From NCBI GenBank assembly GCA_045863295.1, contig BTWA01000026.1, positions 1 through 64,000 on the forward strand: a DNA stretch of 64,000 nucleotides. Reading direction: 5' to 3'. Shown here piece after piece: positions 43,502 through 53,033 of this stretch. The translations under genes and the position numbers were made by a program. The stretch is from Candidatus Hydrogenedentota bacterium. Lineage in GTDB: Bacteria; Hydrogenedentota; Hydrogenedentia; Hydrogenedentales; SLHB01. A model generated the notes under the pieces. It was not told the origin of the DNA. It was given only the letters and a program-made list of their open reading frames with translations, and made no database searches. Each line of letters opens with the position of its first letter. Within the stretch, counting starts at the first letter, position 1.

Positions 43502-45982
43502 TCACGGAGTGACCACGAAGTGCGCGGCGAAACGGTGGGCCACGTTCGTCGGCAGCGAGCAGTCAAGACGGAGTTCGAATGGTCGCGGCGCGTCCGACGG
43601 CGCAATGGTCAAGCGCCACGTTTGCCACGGCGCGGCGTACATGCCGTTGTCGATGACGGGTGTGAAAGTGGCTGGTTGACCGTCGAGCGTGCCCACAATC
43701 GTAAAACCGTTCTTGCACTCTTTCGTCCAGTGGAGATTCGACTGTTCGGAGAATTGGTCGTTCACGGCAAGGAGGCCGCCTGTCGTGGTCGGCGGCACGA
43801 CACCGCGCACGACGAATCGTGTTCCGGCCGTCGCGTCATCGGGTGTTTCGACATCGATCTCTACCGCACGGCTTGGCTCAGTGAACGTGTTCGGCATTTC
43901 CTGCGTCTTGAAGTCGCGGCTGAGCGTCGGCGGCGTGCCGGACGGAACGACTTCGAGCAATACAATGTCAAAGGGCCGCAGCGCGAGCGTGACTTGCGAT
44001 CCGTGTTCATCGCCCAACTTGGCGGCCTCGGGCCAGCAGCGATACAAATCCCAGCGCTGGCCGTCGGGAAGTCCCCACTTGGAATTCAGTTCCAAGGTCA
44101 GCGTGCTGTCGTTCCACACTCCGTTGTTGATCGCCAGGAACGCGCGATTGCCATCGGTACAGCAGTAGCCATACGGCTCGTTTTTCCACGGGTTGCCGAG
44201 AATAAATCGCGTGTTGCGGAAACAGTTCGGCCGCGCCTTCATCAGCGCGATGAAGTCCGCCATTTCACGGCGCTCGTCGGGCGAGAGGTACGCGGTGTCT
44301 GACCAGAGTTGCGCGAGCAGATGACCGCGGCTGATGTCCATGATAACGCCGCCCTGCCACGCTTCTTTGCCGATGTGACTGTTCCAGTTCCAGTCCGAGA
44401 GCCAGATGCCCAACGAGTCCCAGCCGAGCGTCGGCCAGTCTTTCAACATCCACCGGCCGGAATCGAGGCGTCGCGCAACGCTGTCGCGTGCGCGCAACGC
44501 GGGATAGGTGGAAAAGCTCGCGCCTTCCATATGCATGCCGACGTCGAACACCGTGTCGGCGTATTGAAGCCACCACGGCGAGAGGTAGTACCAATAGAGC
44601 ATGATGAACACATCGGGGCTCTCGCGGTCCAGCGAACGGTAGAATTCGATTAGCGCGTTTTCGATGGGTTCGACCGAATACTCGCCGGGCAGGTGCTCGT
44701 GTTCGGGCACGGAGCAGGTCAACTGCGCGTTGTCGAATTTCACCAGGCACACGCCACTCTCGCGCAGGTGGTGTGCGTATCCGTCGATGTAGAACCGGTT
44801 GGCCGGATCGGTCGCGCGACACAGACCGAACCCGCTGCGGCCACGCGCCGGCGTGAGCGCCTGCGCCACAGCAGGATTCTCCGCGATAGTCCAATCCCCC
44901 ACGTTTCCGCTATCCACCCACAACCCCGGTTGGATGCCGAGCTTGGCCAACTCCGGCAGCATCCTCGTGAACCCGTTCGGAAACCGTTCGGCATCCGGGG
45001 TTATCAGATCGCCCTTCGAGTCGGTCCAGAAATCGATCGAGTAATAATCCCAATGCAGACTCGAATCGCGCTGGCCCTCGGCAACTTTTGCGATGTTGTC
45101 CATAAAAAACGCTTCGTCCTGCCAGAAGTCTCCACCCGGTTTTGCGCCGAACGGTTCAAAAATCGCCAGCGGCCTGTCGTGGCCGCGCTGCACGCGCCGC
45201 ATGCGCGTTTGCAGATGATCGCGGAAGGCCTGACGCGACTGCCCCTCGCCGCTGACGCCGTAAATCGCTTCCATACACTCAAAGGTCGCACCCGGCGCAA
45301 GCTTGGCCCCGGGCATTTGAAGCAAGTTTAAGTTCCGATCCTGCCGCAGTACGGACCCGGCGGGATGGGCAAGGCCAACAAAGAACTGCCACTCGACATA
45401 TGCAGGAAAACCGCGCTGTTTCCCCGCAAGATCGACGATCGGACTCTCAAGCATCGCCGGAAAGTCCTTATCGGAAATCTCCGACTGCGTATCGGTGGAA
45501 TAACTCCCGAGCTGGATATTCAGCAGCCGGTTCCATTCCTGATCGCTGCGGTTGGTAATCGCGACGAACTTGCGCAACACCGGCTGGCTCACGTCCCAAC
45601 GATAGGTCACCGTTATGGAAAGGTTCGGGTCGTCCGCGCCGAGTTCGAATATCGCTTCGCCCGTCGCGCCCGTGAATGCCGCGGGTCCTCGGATCACGCG
45701 TAGCTTTGGCCTTGTGATCGCTTCATTTGGCAAGCCGATATCGAGGCCCACCTCTTCCCCGTTCCCCATGCTCAGTTTCCGCCCCGTGATTCGGTTCTCC
45801 CACACCATCGCGCGCAAGCCGTCCGATGTGTCAAGACCAAAAGAGAACGCAGGCGACTCCAGCGTCACTCGCGTGTCTGTAACCGTCGTCGAGCAGGTAT
45901 TTATAGGCTCGGCAGCGAAGACGAAATCGCCGGATACGATGCAGATCATGGACAACCATGGCACGAAGGAAGGCGTGGTCAT
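43502..45982 (-). CDS. Putative glycoside hydrolase, alpha-galactosidase-like (clan GH-D-type TIM barrel)
   Basis: 'DYYSIDFW', 'RFPNGF', 'GIQPGLWV', 'LVKFDN'. ATG 45982 after GGAGG. Confidence 0.65.
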   Translation of the reverse strand: MTTPSFVPWLSMICIVSGDFVFAAEPINTCSTTVTDTRVTLESPAFSFGLDTSDGLRAMVWENRITGRKLSMGNGEEVGLDIGLPNEAITRPKLRVIRGPAAFTGATGEAIFELGADDPNLSITVTYRWDVSQPVLRKFVAITNRSDQEWNRLLNIQLGSYSTDTQSEISDKDFPAMLESPIVDLAGKQRGFPAYVEWQFFVGLAHPAGSVLRQDRNLNLLQMPGAKLAPGATFECMEAIYGVSGEGQSRQAFRDHLQTRMRRVQRGHDRPLAIFEPFGAKPGGDFWQDEAFFMDNIAKVAEGQRDSSLHWDYYSIDFWTDSKGDLITPDAERFPNGFTRMLPELAKLGIQPGLWVDSGNVGDWTIAENPAVAQALTPARGRSGFGLCRATDPANRFYIDGYAHHLRESGVCLVKFDNAQLTCSVPEHEHLPGEYSVEPIENALIEFYRSLDRESPDVFIMLYWYYLSPWWLQYADTVFDVGMHMEGASFSTYPALRARDSVARRLDSGRWMLKDWPTLGWDSLGIWLSDWNWNSHIGKEAWQGGVIMDISRGHLLAQLWSDTAYLSPDERREMADFIALMKARPNCFRNTRFILGNPWKNEPYGYCCTDGNRAFLAINNGVWNDSTLTLELNSKWGLPDGQRWDLYRCWPEAAKLGDEHGSQVTLALRPFDIVLLEVVPSGTPPTLSRDFKTQEMPNTFTEPSRAVEIDVETPDDATAGTRFVVRGVVPPTTTGGLLAVNDQFSEQSNLHWTKECKNGFTIVGTLDGQPATFTPVIDNGMYAAPWQTWRLTIAPSDAPRPFELRLDCSLPTNVAHRFAAHFVVTP

Positions 45983-46168
45983 GAAGATTCCTCCAATGTA
46001 AGCCAACGGAGAACGAAACCTGCGCGTGGTCTCACCCAAAGAAGGTGCACTATCCATTGTCGTGATTCCCACACGATGCATCAACCATTTTCCCGCACAT
46101 CGCAAATGTCTTCTTCGACTACCATGGGTCGGTGCGTGGGTTCTATATCAACGGAAGCAGTCTTATTG

Positions 46169-46426
46169 CGCGAGTTACGAACATGCTGGAGATTGTGGTT
46201 CCAAGAGTACGAAGCATTCGTCTCCAAAGCAGTTCTCGACGAGATTCGGCGAGGCGATGTAGATGCCGCCCGGCGCAGAATCGAGGTGATTAGCGGATTC
46301 CCCGTGTTGAATGTTACGGACATAGCCGCAGAGATTGCGGGGGCATACCTGGACGCGTTGCCATCGCCCCGAACCGCGCTTGCCGATGCTCTTCATCTGG
46401 CCCGCTACGCATTAGCACGGCATGAT
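46169..46426 (+). pseudogene. Truncated PIN-domain (VapC-like) toxin fragment
   Basis: 'FVSKAVLDEI.RGD..AA.RR.......L......EIA..YL......A.ADALHLA'. The N-terminal acidic strand and C-terminal 'LLTWN' motif typical of this PIN subgroup are missing. Confidence 0.6.
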
Positions 46427-46450
46427 TCAATGACCCTCTTGCCGGTGCCA

Positions 46451-46482
46451 GTGACAGTTTCGGTGATACTTAATTTGATACT
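46451..46482 (+). repeat. Three 8-bp repeats, 12-bp period (candidate arm-type sites)
   Basis: GTGACAGT-ttcg-GTGATACT-taat-TTGATACT, about 120 bp left of att copy 3. Confidence 0.45.
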
Positions 46483-46603
46483 CACGAATTGACGACCATG
46501 GTGAAAGTGGTTAACATGGACATGTGGTGAGGAGTGAGTGCTTCTCGCGCAGTTGTCGTAAGTTTTAGAATTCACAGGTGGTTGTACCGGCTGAAGTTGA
46601 GCC

Positions 46604-46653
46604 GCTCATAACCCAAAGGTCGTAGGTTCGAATCCTACCCCCGCTACCAATTT
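46604..46653 (+). repeat. att core copy 3 (tRNA-fMet 3' fragment), right end of the tandem islands
   Basis: 50/50 identical to 6773-6822. Confidence 0.93.
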
Positions 46654-46660
46654 GATTTCA

Positions 46661-46690
46661 AAGGACTTACGGTGACGTAAGTCCTTTTTT
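46661..46690 (+). terminator. Intrinsic terminator, possibly the original tRNA terminator
   Basis: Perfect stem AAGGACTTACG-gtga-CGTAAGTCCTT followed by TTTT. Confidence 0.75.
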
Positions 46691-46911
46691 GTGCCCGAAA
46701 ACGGTCCCGTATTGTTTAAATTGTTACTTGTGAAACCCGCCGGACCCGCCGCCATACAGACCAGGGCGCCAATGAAGAGGAATGCGTGGCATGGCCTCCA
46801 TCTGGAAACCAAAATGGTATGTGCTGCGGTTAGAGGTGCAGGCAGACTACTTCGGCGGAATAGTCGCGTGGACGGCACGAGCAGCGAACGACTCGCGCTA
46901 GGGCCATGAAG

Positions 46912-48192
46912 TCAATCTCCTTTTTGTCTTCCGTGCTCATTGGCTGCGCGGAGAATGGATTCTTCCATGCGGTCCCATTGACGTCTTTCGGCGGCTTCGG
47001 CTTTCTGGGTGGCGGAAGCATCCCAGGTTTTGGCGAAGCGGGTGCGGAAGATTTCCATGATGACGTAGAAGCGCGCGTCTTTTGCAGGAGTGAGGGTTGC
47101 GCCTTTTTGTTTGGGTGCTTGATCGGGAGTGAGGTAGAGGCTCTTGGCGCAACGGTTGACGACGGCCGTGGCTTCGGCTTCGGATTCGCAGGCAAATGGT
47201 CCGGTGGCACTGGTTTGAGCAAGCAGTTGGAGGGCCGCGTTCAGGGTGTCGCTGTCGACGGCGGGTGTGGCTTCAGTAATTTGCCATTGGCCCTTGACGA
47301 CAGGACCGTTGTAACGATGCCAACCGATGCCTTTTCCGCCGCGGCTGCGGCCGGAGACCACGGTGAGTTCTTCCAGGCCGGGGGCGGAGGCGAGTTGTTC
47401 GGCGGCGCGTTTGATGACGTTGGCTTTGAGGCCGATGCCACCGTCGGCTTCGACGTAGGTGGTACCGTGGCTCGTGCTGATCTTGCAGGGGATGTCGAGG
47501 GCGACGTCTGGCAAATTATCTCCATCGGCGATGAGGGACACGAGGACATCGGGATCGCAGAAGAGGGCAATTGCCCCGAGGAGGCCGGCGAGTTCGGCGG
47601 GGATGGACACGCCGGTGATCGCGCTACGCGCGCGTGCGGCGTGGCCCTTTAGCAAGGTGAGCGTGCGCGTAGGTTGGTTGGCACGCTGGCGGCGTTTCGG
47701 CGGGTCTACGGGGATGTCTGCGATAGTGGTTGCTCCGAGGATGTGCAGCAGGCGGGGTAGGTCACCGAGGTCGGATTCCAACTCGGCATTGCACAAAACG
47801 CGGCCTGCGAGCACGTCTTCGAGGGCCTTGGTATCTGCCTCGCTGGCTACGGAATTAATGAGCGCGGCGAGTTTGGCGACGCGCTTTTCGGCGGGTTTGT
47901 TTCCTTCGGCCCAGTCTTTTGTGAAGTCGTGCTTCGCCTCGGTGAGTTTGCCAGCGGCGCTTGCGGAGAGATGCCAGCCATCGCCGTCGTAGGTGGTGAA
48001 GAGCAGGAAAGGCACTTTCGCTCTTGCCGCTGTGTCACGTAAAGATTCATGGGATGCGGCCAGCGCAGAGGCAACGGTCCAGCACCAAGGGCCTGACACT
48101 TCTATCGGGACACAAGGGGTATGACCGAGCGCCTGGCCGAGAGTTTCGTTATTGGCCATGGGGGACAGTAGCAGATGTCTGCGGATAGCCAT
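46912..48192 (-). CDS. Hypothetical protein
   Basis: 426-aa ORF with GGAG RBS; no family recognised. Confidence 0.65.
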   Translation of the reverse strand: MAIRRHLLLSPMANNETLGQALGHTPCVPIEVSGPWCWTVASALAASHESLRDTAARAKVPFLLFTTYDGDGWHLSASAAGKLTEAKHDFTKDWAEGNKPAEKRVAKLAALINSVASEADTKALEDVLAGRVLCNAELESDLGDLPRLLHILGATTIADIPVDPPKRRQRANQPTRTLTLLKGHAARARSAITGVSIPAELAGLLGAIALFCDPDVLVSLIADGDNLPDVALDIPCKISTSHGTTYVEADGGIGLKANVIKRAAEQLASAPGLEELTVVSGRSRGGKGIGWHRYNGPVVKGQWQITEATPAVDSDTLNAALQLLAQTSATGPFACESEAEATAVVNRCAKSLYLTPDQAPKQKGATLTPAKDARFYVIMEIFRTRFAKTWDASATQKAEAAERRQWDRMEESILRAANEHGRQKGD

Positions 48193-48325
48193 GGGTGAAT
48201 CTCCAACAAATCAAGTGGGGAAAAGCTAATTGAACCCGTTGTAAGTTTTCAATGCGATAGCGACTCGGTATACCCGATTTTCACAGGCGAGATTGTGAGA
48301 GCAACGGGCATGGGAGTGGCACTTT

Positions 48326-49099
48326 TTATGGAGCGGGCAATTCGGGAGTTGGAGTGTCGCCCATGAGTTCTGCGACTTTGGGTTCAATAGCGGCGGCCCA
48401 GATACGGTGACCCTCTTCGTTGGGATGTTCAAAGTCGGGCATGAGGGTAGCAGGAATGCTGCCATCGGGCTTGAGAAAGAGGTGGTTCACGTCCATGTAG
48501 AATATGTGTTCGTCGTCCGCGAGCTTGGATGCGATGTCATTGGCCCTTGTGAGCACTGCCCGTTCCTCCGTGGGTTTTTCGCCTCTGAAGAAAATGGCCA
48601 ACACGAGAATCCTGGTTTGCGGCAGTTTTTCGCGCAGGGTGTCTACAATGGCCGTAATGCCTGCGCCGATTTCATCCCCGGTATTGAAGGGACCATTGTT
48701 CTGTCCAATCATGACGATGGCTAGTTTGGGTGCTATGCCATCAATATTGCCGTTTTGCAGACGCCAGAGAACGTGTTCGGTGCGGTCGCCGGAAATGCCG
48801 AGGATGAGGCCACGGCGCTTGGCGTAGTAATGATCCCAAACGGGTTTTCCTTCCCACTGCCAATTGCCGACAATGGAGTCGCCGATATAGATGAGATCGA
48901 CGTTGCCTTGTTTGGCGCGTTCATTCATGGCTTCGTGGCGCGCGCGCCAGGTATCGCTGCCACCGGGCACGGGCATGACTGCGGTATTTACCTTCTGCGC
49001 TGGAGCCGAGGGCGCCAAGGTACTGTCGGCAATTGCCACGTATCCCGCGAAAGCCATCAACCCTACGGCGAACGCGAATCGTGCACTGTTGTTATTCAT
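48326..49099 (-). CDS. SGNH/GDSL esterase (PAF-acetylhydrolase Ib-like), secreted
   Basis: 'IGDSI', 'GISGDRTEHVLWRL', 'MIGQNN', 'PDFEHP'; signal peptide; start overlaps the upstream stop. Confidence 0.88.
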   Translation of the reverse strand: MNNNSARFAFAVGLMAFAGYVAIADSTLAPSAPAQKVNTAVMPVPGGSDTWRARHEAMNERAKQGNVDLIYIGDSIVGNWQWEGKPVWDHYYAKRRGLILGISGDRTEHVLWRLQNGNIDGIAPKLAIVMIGQNNGPFNTGDEIGAGITAIVDTLREKLPQTRILVLAIFFRGEKPTEERAVLTRANDIASKLADDEHIFYMDVNHLFLKPDGSIPATLMPDFEHPNEEGHRIWAAAIEPKVAELMGDTPTPELPAP

Positions 49100-50537
49100 T
49101 ATAAGATCCCCCACGGTTACTTTCTCGGATGAGGTTCAAGAGCATGGTCAGGTGTTTTTCGCTGGTCAAAGGATTCATGAGCGTCGTTCTCAGGAACAAA
49201 CCTTTCGGAAGCCGCACTTGCACGATGTAGGTCTTGCCACTTTCGATAAGTCGCTGGCGCGTGCTCGCCTGAAGTCTGTCAAGGTCTCGTGCGCCAGATG
49301 GAGTGTACCGAAAACATACGATGTTGCTTTCGGGTGGGGAGGCAAGTTCAAAATCCGGTGCCGCTTCAATGAGTTCCGCAAAGCTTCGAGCAAGGTCAAA
49401 TGCGTGGGTCACGTAGCCGCCCAGCACCTGGGTGCCATTGCACGCCAGAGTGGCGTAAAGCTTCAAGCCCAACATGCGTTTTGTACATTCGATAGTCCGG
49501 TGGCCGAGATTGTACCGTTCTTCCTCGGCTGTACGATCAAAAAGATACGATGCCTTTTCGGCAAATGCAGCGTGGGTATTGCTTCGTGATTTGAAGAGCA
49601 CGGCGGTACACAAAGCCGGCATAAGGAGGAGTTTGTGGGCGTCCCACACTACGGAGTCGGCGCGTTCGATGCCTGATACGAGGTGCCGGTACTTATCGCT
49701 CAGGCATGCGGCGGCGCCGTGTGCGCCATCGACGTGAAGCCACAAGTTGCGGCGTTCGCAGAAGTCTGCGATTGCTGGCAGTGGATCGTAGGTTCCGGTA
49801 GGGGTGCAACATGCGTTTGCAACTACGGCGACAACATGCATCCCACTCTTCTGGGCATCATGAAATGACTCTTCAAGGGCCTCGGGGCGGAGTCGAAGAC
49901 TTTCGTCGTGTGGGACGGTGACGAATCCTTCGTCACCCCATCCCATGATCCTGACGGCACGGTTGATCGAATAGTGAGCGTGTTCAGTACCAAGCACGGC
50001 GAGTTGGGCGTTTCGAGACGCGATGCCACGTCCCATGGCGGCTTCGCGAGCGGCGAGCAGAGCGGTGAGATTGCCCACCGATCCGCCGGAGGTCAATAGC
50101 CCGTCGGCCTGATCGCCAAAGCCAATAACTTTCGCCATCCACGTTACGGCCTGTAGTTCCATGGCAGTGACCGCGGCACCGTGTTCGTATACGGCCATTC
50201 CGTTGTTGAGAACGGACGCTGTCAAATCGCAGAGGGCTGCCTCAAGCAGCGGCGGGGAGACCTGGTGGCCCATGTGCATGGGGTGGTGAAGGTGGTTGGC
50301 CGACTTCATTACTTCTCGCAACAAACTCACAAGGTCAGCACGTCGTTCACCTGCGCCGGGCACGGGCCAACGCTGCATCATCTCTTCAGGTTTGGTCCAA
50401 TCGAGAACAGGCAAGCTCTCGCCTGCGGTTACGGCGGCCAGGTAGCCAGCCAGCATATCGACTAGCTCATGCCCCTGGTTGCGAAATCGTTCTATGTCGT
50501 AAAGCGACCTGCTTGGATTCTGTTCTGCGCTATGCAC
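49092..50537 (-). CDS. Group II PLP-dependent amino-acid decarboxylase
   Basis: 'GLLTSGGS.GN', 'HYS', 'WLHVDGAHG', PLP-Lys motif 'DSVVWDAHK', 'NIVCFRY'. Confidence 0.9.
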   Translation of the reverse strand: MHSAEQNPSRSLYDIERFRNQGHELVDMLAGYLAAVTAGESLPVLDWTKPEEMMQRWPVPGAGERRADLVSLLREVMKSANHLHHPMHMGHQVSPPLLEAALCDLTASVLNNGMAVYEHGAAVTAMELQAVTWMAKVIGFGDQADGLLTSGGSVGNLTALLAAREAAMGRGIASRNAQLAVLGTEHAHYSINRAVRIMGWGDEGFVTVPHDESLRLRPEALEESFHDAQKSGMHVVAVVANACCTPTGTYDPLPAIADFCERRNLWLHVDGAHGAAACLSDKYRHLVSGIERADSVVWDAHKLLLMPALCTAVLFKSRSNTHAAFAEKASYLFDRTAEEERYNLGHRTIECTKRMLGLKLYATLACNGTQVLGGYVTHAFDLARSFAELIEAAPDFELASPPESNIVCFRYTPSGARDLDRLQASTRQRLIESGKTYIVQVRLPKGLFLRTTLMNPLTSEKHLTMLLNLIRESNRGGSYNE

Positions 50538-50739
50538 CTGTTTTCTGGCTCCGTTCCCAACACGCCGACTGCTGCATTAGTTTACAATGGCGAGTTGTGA
50601 AGGTGTGAGCGCGCAGTTGAGATTCAATTTGGCGAAGTGGGAGAAGTAACCGCACATTCGACTCTGTGAACGACGACAATCATTGGCCGTGAACAGGAAA
50701 GTTCTCATGCGAGCGATTTCGCCGCCTTGTAGACGTACA

Positions 50740-50768
50740 TTGACGCCAAGGGCAGAGCGGGATAGAAT
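50740..50768 (+). promoter_or_regulatory. sigma-70-like promoter
   Basis: TTGACG - 17 nt - TAGAAT, about 60 bp upstream of the oxidoreductase. Confidence 0.6.
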
Positions 50769-50831
50769 CCCGTATTGCACGAAGCACCGAAGGGCCAGTG
50801 AGGTGCAACGACGGGCTGGGAGACTTGGATT

Positions 50832-52133
50832 ATGTCTGTGCGAAAGGTAGATAGACGTGGTTTCTTAAGGTCTGTGGTAACCATGGCATCGGTGAGCCCG
50901 TTCGCGGTAATGAAGGCGACGGCACAAGGAGCTTCTGTCCCGGCGCCGAGCAATCGGGTTAACTTGGGGTTCATTGGGGTCGGATCACACGGGCTGGGAT
51001 GGAATCTGGCCGCGTTTCTTGCTCTTCCTGAGGCCCGTGTGCTGGCCGTCTGCGACGTGTTCCGCGATCGGCGAGAACTGGCCCGAGACAAGGTAAACAG
51101 TGTTTACGGCGGGCGCGATTGCACAGCGTATGCGGATTTTCGAAGCATTCTGGCGCGGAGCGATATTGACGCGGTGGTAATTTCCACTCCGGATCACTGG
51201 CACGTGCTCATGTCTGTTATGGCCGCGAAAGCCGGCAAGCATGTGTTTTGCGAGAAACCAACGCTCACGGTTAAAGAGGGACGGGCTCTGGTCGAGGTGA
51301 TACGGCAATGCGGTGTCGTGTATCAAGGCGGCATCGAAGATCGCTCGGTCGAGCAGTATCACCGCATGGCAGAACTTGTTCGCAACGGACGGCTGGGCAA
51401 ACTGAACCGTATTCTCGTGACACTTCCACAGGGCGAGATCTTTCCCAAAGAGGACCCTGTGCCGGTTCCCGAAGGGCTGGACTACGACCTGTGGCTCGGA
51501 CCCGCTCCGTATTCACCATACACGCCGACGAAGCTGGGGCCACAACAATGGCGCAATGTGTGGGATTATTCAGGCGGAAAGTTTACGGATTGGGGAGCGC
51601 ATCTGCTGGACACCGCGCAGGTGGCCATTCATCAGCAGCATGGAGGTCCAATCAATGTGGACGGCAAAGGGGTATTTCCAGAGAATGCCATGACCACGAC
51701 GGCGACAGAATATGAAATCCGTTACGAGTATGCCGGTGACGTTGAGGTGATAGTGAAATCCGGGGGAACCGGCATACGATTCGAAGGCGCCGATGGTTGG
51801 ATAGACTGTCCCGCGTGGCGTGAGCCACTTGAAGCAAGCGATCCGGACATATTGGCAACGACGTTTGCATCCGATACAAACAAGATGTGGCCAAGGCCTC
51901 CAAGCGAGCACCAGGCTTTCCTTGATGGTATCCTAAGAGAAGAAACACCGTATTATACGCCCGAAGACATCCATCGCTTAAGTACGGCGATGCACATCGG
52001 AAACATCTCAATGCGCCTCGGACGCAAATTGTCATGGGACGCAATTCGCGAAGAATTTACCGGGGACGATGAGGCCAATGCCCTTTTATCCCGCGAGAAT
52101 CGCGCGCCTTGGCAGCTTAGGGACGCACTATAG
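50832..52133 (+). CDS. Gfo/Idh/MocA oxidoreductase with Tat signal
   Basis: 'DRRGFL', 'GFIGVG..G', 'STPDHWH', 'CEKP', 'DWGAH..D'. Confidence 0.92.
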   Translation: MSVRKVDRRGFLRSVVTMASVSPFAVMKATAQGASVPAPSNRVNLGFIGVGSHGLGWNLAAFLALPEARVLAVCDVFRDRRELARDKVNSVYGGRDCTAYADFRSILARSDIDAVVISTPDHWHVLMSVMAAKAGKHVFCEKPTLTVKEGRALVEVIRQCGVVYQGGIEDRSVEQYHRMAELVRNGRLGKLNRILVTLPQGEIFPKEDPVPVPEGLDYDLWLGPAPYSPYTPTKLGPQQWRNVWDYSGGKFTDWGAHLLDTAQVAIHQQHGGPINVDGKGVFPENAMTTTATEYEIRYEYAGDVEVIVKSGGTGIRFEGADGWIDCPAWREPLEASDPDILATTFASDTNKMWPRPPSEHQAFLDGILREETPYYTPEDIHRLSTAMHIGNISMRLGRKLSWDAIREEFTGDDEANALLSRENRAPWQLRDAL

Positions 52134-52998
52134 GCGCTGGATTGCTCGCCTCCGCTTGAAGCTTGGCACAGAACAATCGCCATTGGGCGATGTTATGCTT
52201 TAGATTCTCCAACGTATCTCCCTTGACCTGGTAGCACTGAAGTCCGATTGGACCTGAATACTGAATCGAACGGAGTTTGCGCAACAACGCCAAGAGATCG
52301 AACTCACCCTGCCCAAGTGGACGGATGAGCCTATCCCAGTCTCCCTCGTGGTCGGCGCCATTGATCGAGACGAAAAAGAGCCGTGATCCGGCACGATCCA
52401 GTATCTCGTCAAAACGATTTTCGTTGCCCGCCTTGAGTTCGTGGCACAAATTGAAGGTCACCCCGAGATTCTCGCGCTGCACCTGGTTAGCGATCCTCAT
52501 GGCATCGTCCAAGGTCGCGACATAGAAACCCGCGTGCGGATACAGGGCCACCCGAAGTCCCGATGCCGCGGCCAAGTCCGCAATCCCCGTTACTGTCTCG
52601 ACAGCCCGCTGGTCGTTGTCCGCGCGCCCCTGCACGGTTAGCCAGAGCGCCACGTCAGTGCCTTTTAATCGTTTGATGGCGGCGGCCAGGGATTCGTCAT
52701 AGGGCGGCTCATTCTCCAGATTACAGCCGACATACAGGTTGACAATTCGTACTCCATGCCGCTTGAAGGCCGACAGCCGTTCATCCAAATCCTCTACGCC
52801 CGTATATCCCACGCCGTCGTAACCGAGGTCGGCCAGTGTCTGTGCCTGCCTATCCGGCGTCCATTCGCCTCGCCCTAATCCGTTGTCAAAAACAAAAAAG
52901 GGATTCACCGCCGGAACTCCCGACTCGGCAATAGTCTCACCTATCCCGTGGGCCGCACTGTACATGACTGCGACCGCTGCGAAGAGTAATCTGGTCAT
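52117..52998 (-). CDS. Sugar phosphate isomerase/epimerase-like TIM-barrel protein
   Basis: 'LGYDG', 'ALYPH', 'GVTFNLCH', 'PLGQGEFD', 'YSGPIGLQ'. Confidence 0.8.
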   Translation of the reverse strand: MTRLLFAAVAVMYSAAHGIGETIAESGVPAVNPFFVFDNGLGRGEWTPDRQAQTLADLGYDGVGYTGVEDLDERLSAFKRHGVRIVNLYVGCNLENEPPYDESLAAAIKRLKGTDVALWLTVQGRADNDQRAVETVTGIADLAAASGLRVALYPHAGFYVATLDDAMRIANQVQRENLGVTFNLCHELKAGNENRFDEILDRAGSRLFFVSINGADHEGDWDRLIRPLGQGEFDLLALLRKLRSIQYSGPIGLQCYQVKGDTLENLKHNIAQWRLFCAKLQAEASNPAPIVRP

Positions 52999-53033
52999 GG
53001 TGTAGCCTCTCTGGTCCCGCTAGCAGGCAACGC

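Larger units (their letters stand above)
40806..46653. mobile_element. Genomic island 2 (~5.8 kb, probably degenerate); no integrase seen
   Basis: Lies between att copies 2 and 3; contains two intact genes and two pseudogene fragments. Confidence 0.75.

Noticed and set aside
40757..46653. Two additional tRNA-Met genes
   Set aside because: Only the 3' half (from the anticodon loop) is present; no acceptor 5' strand or D arm. These are att repeats.
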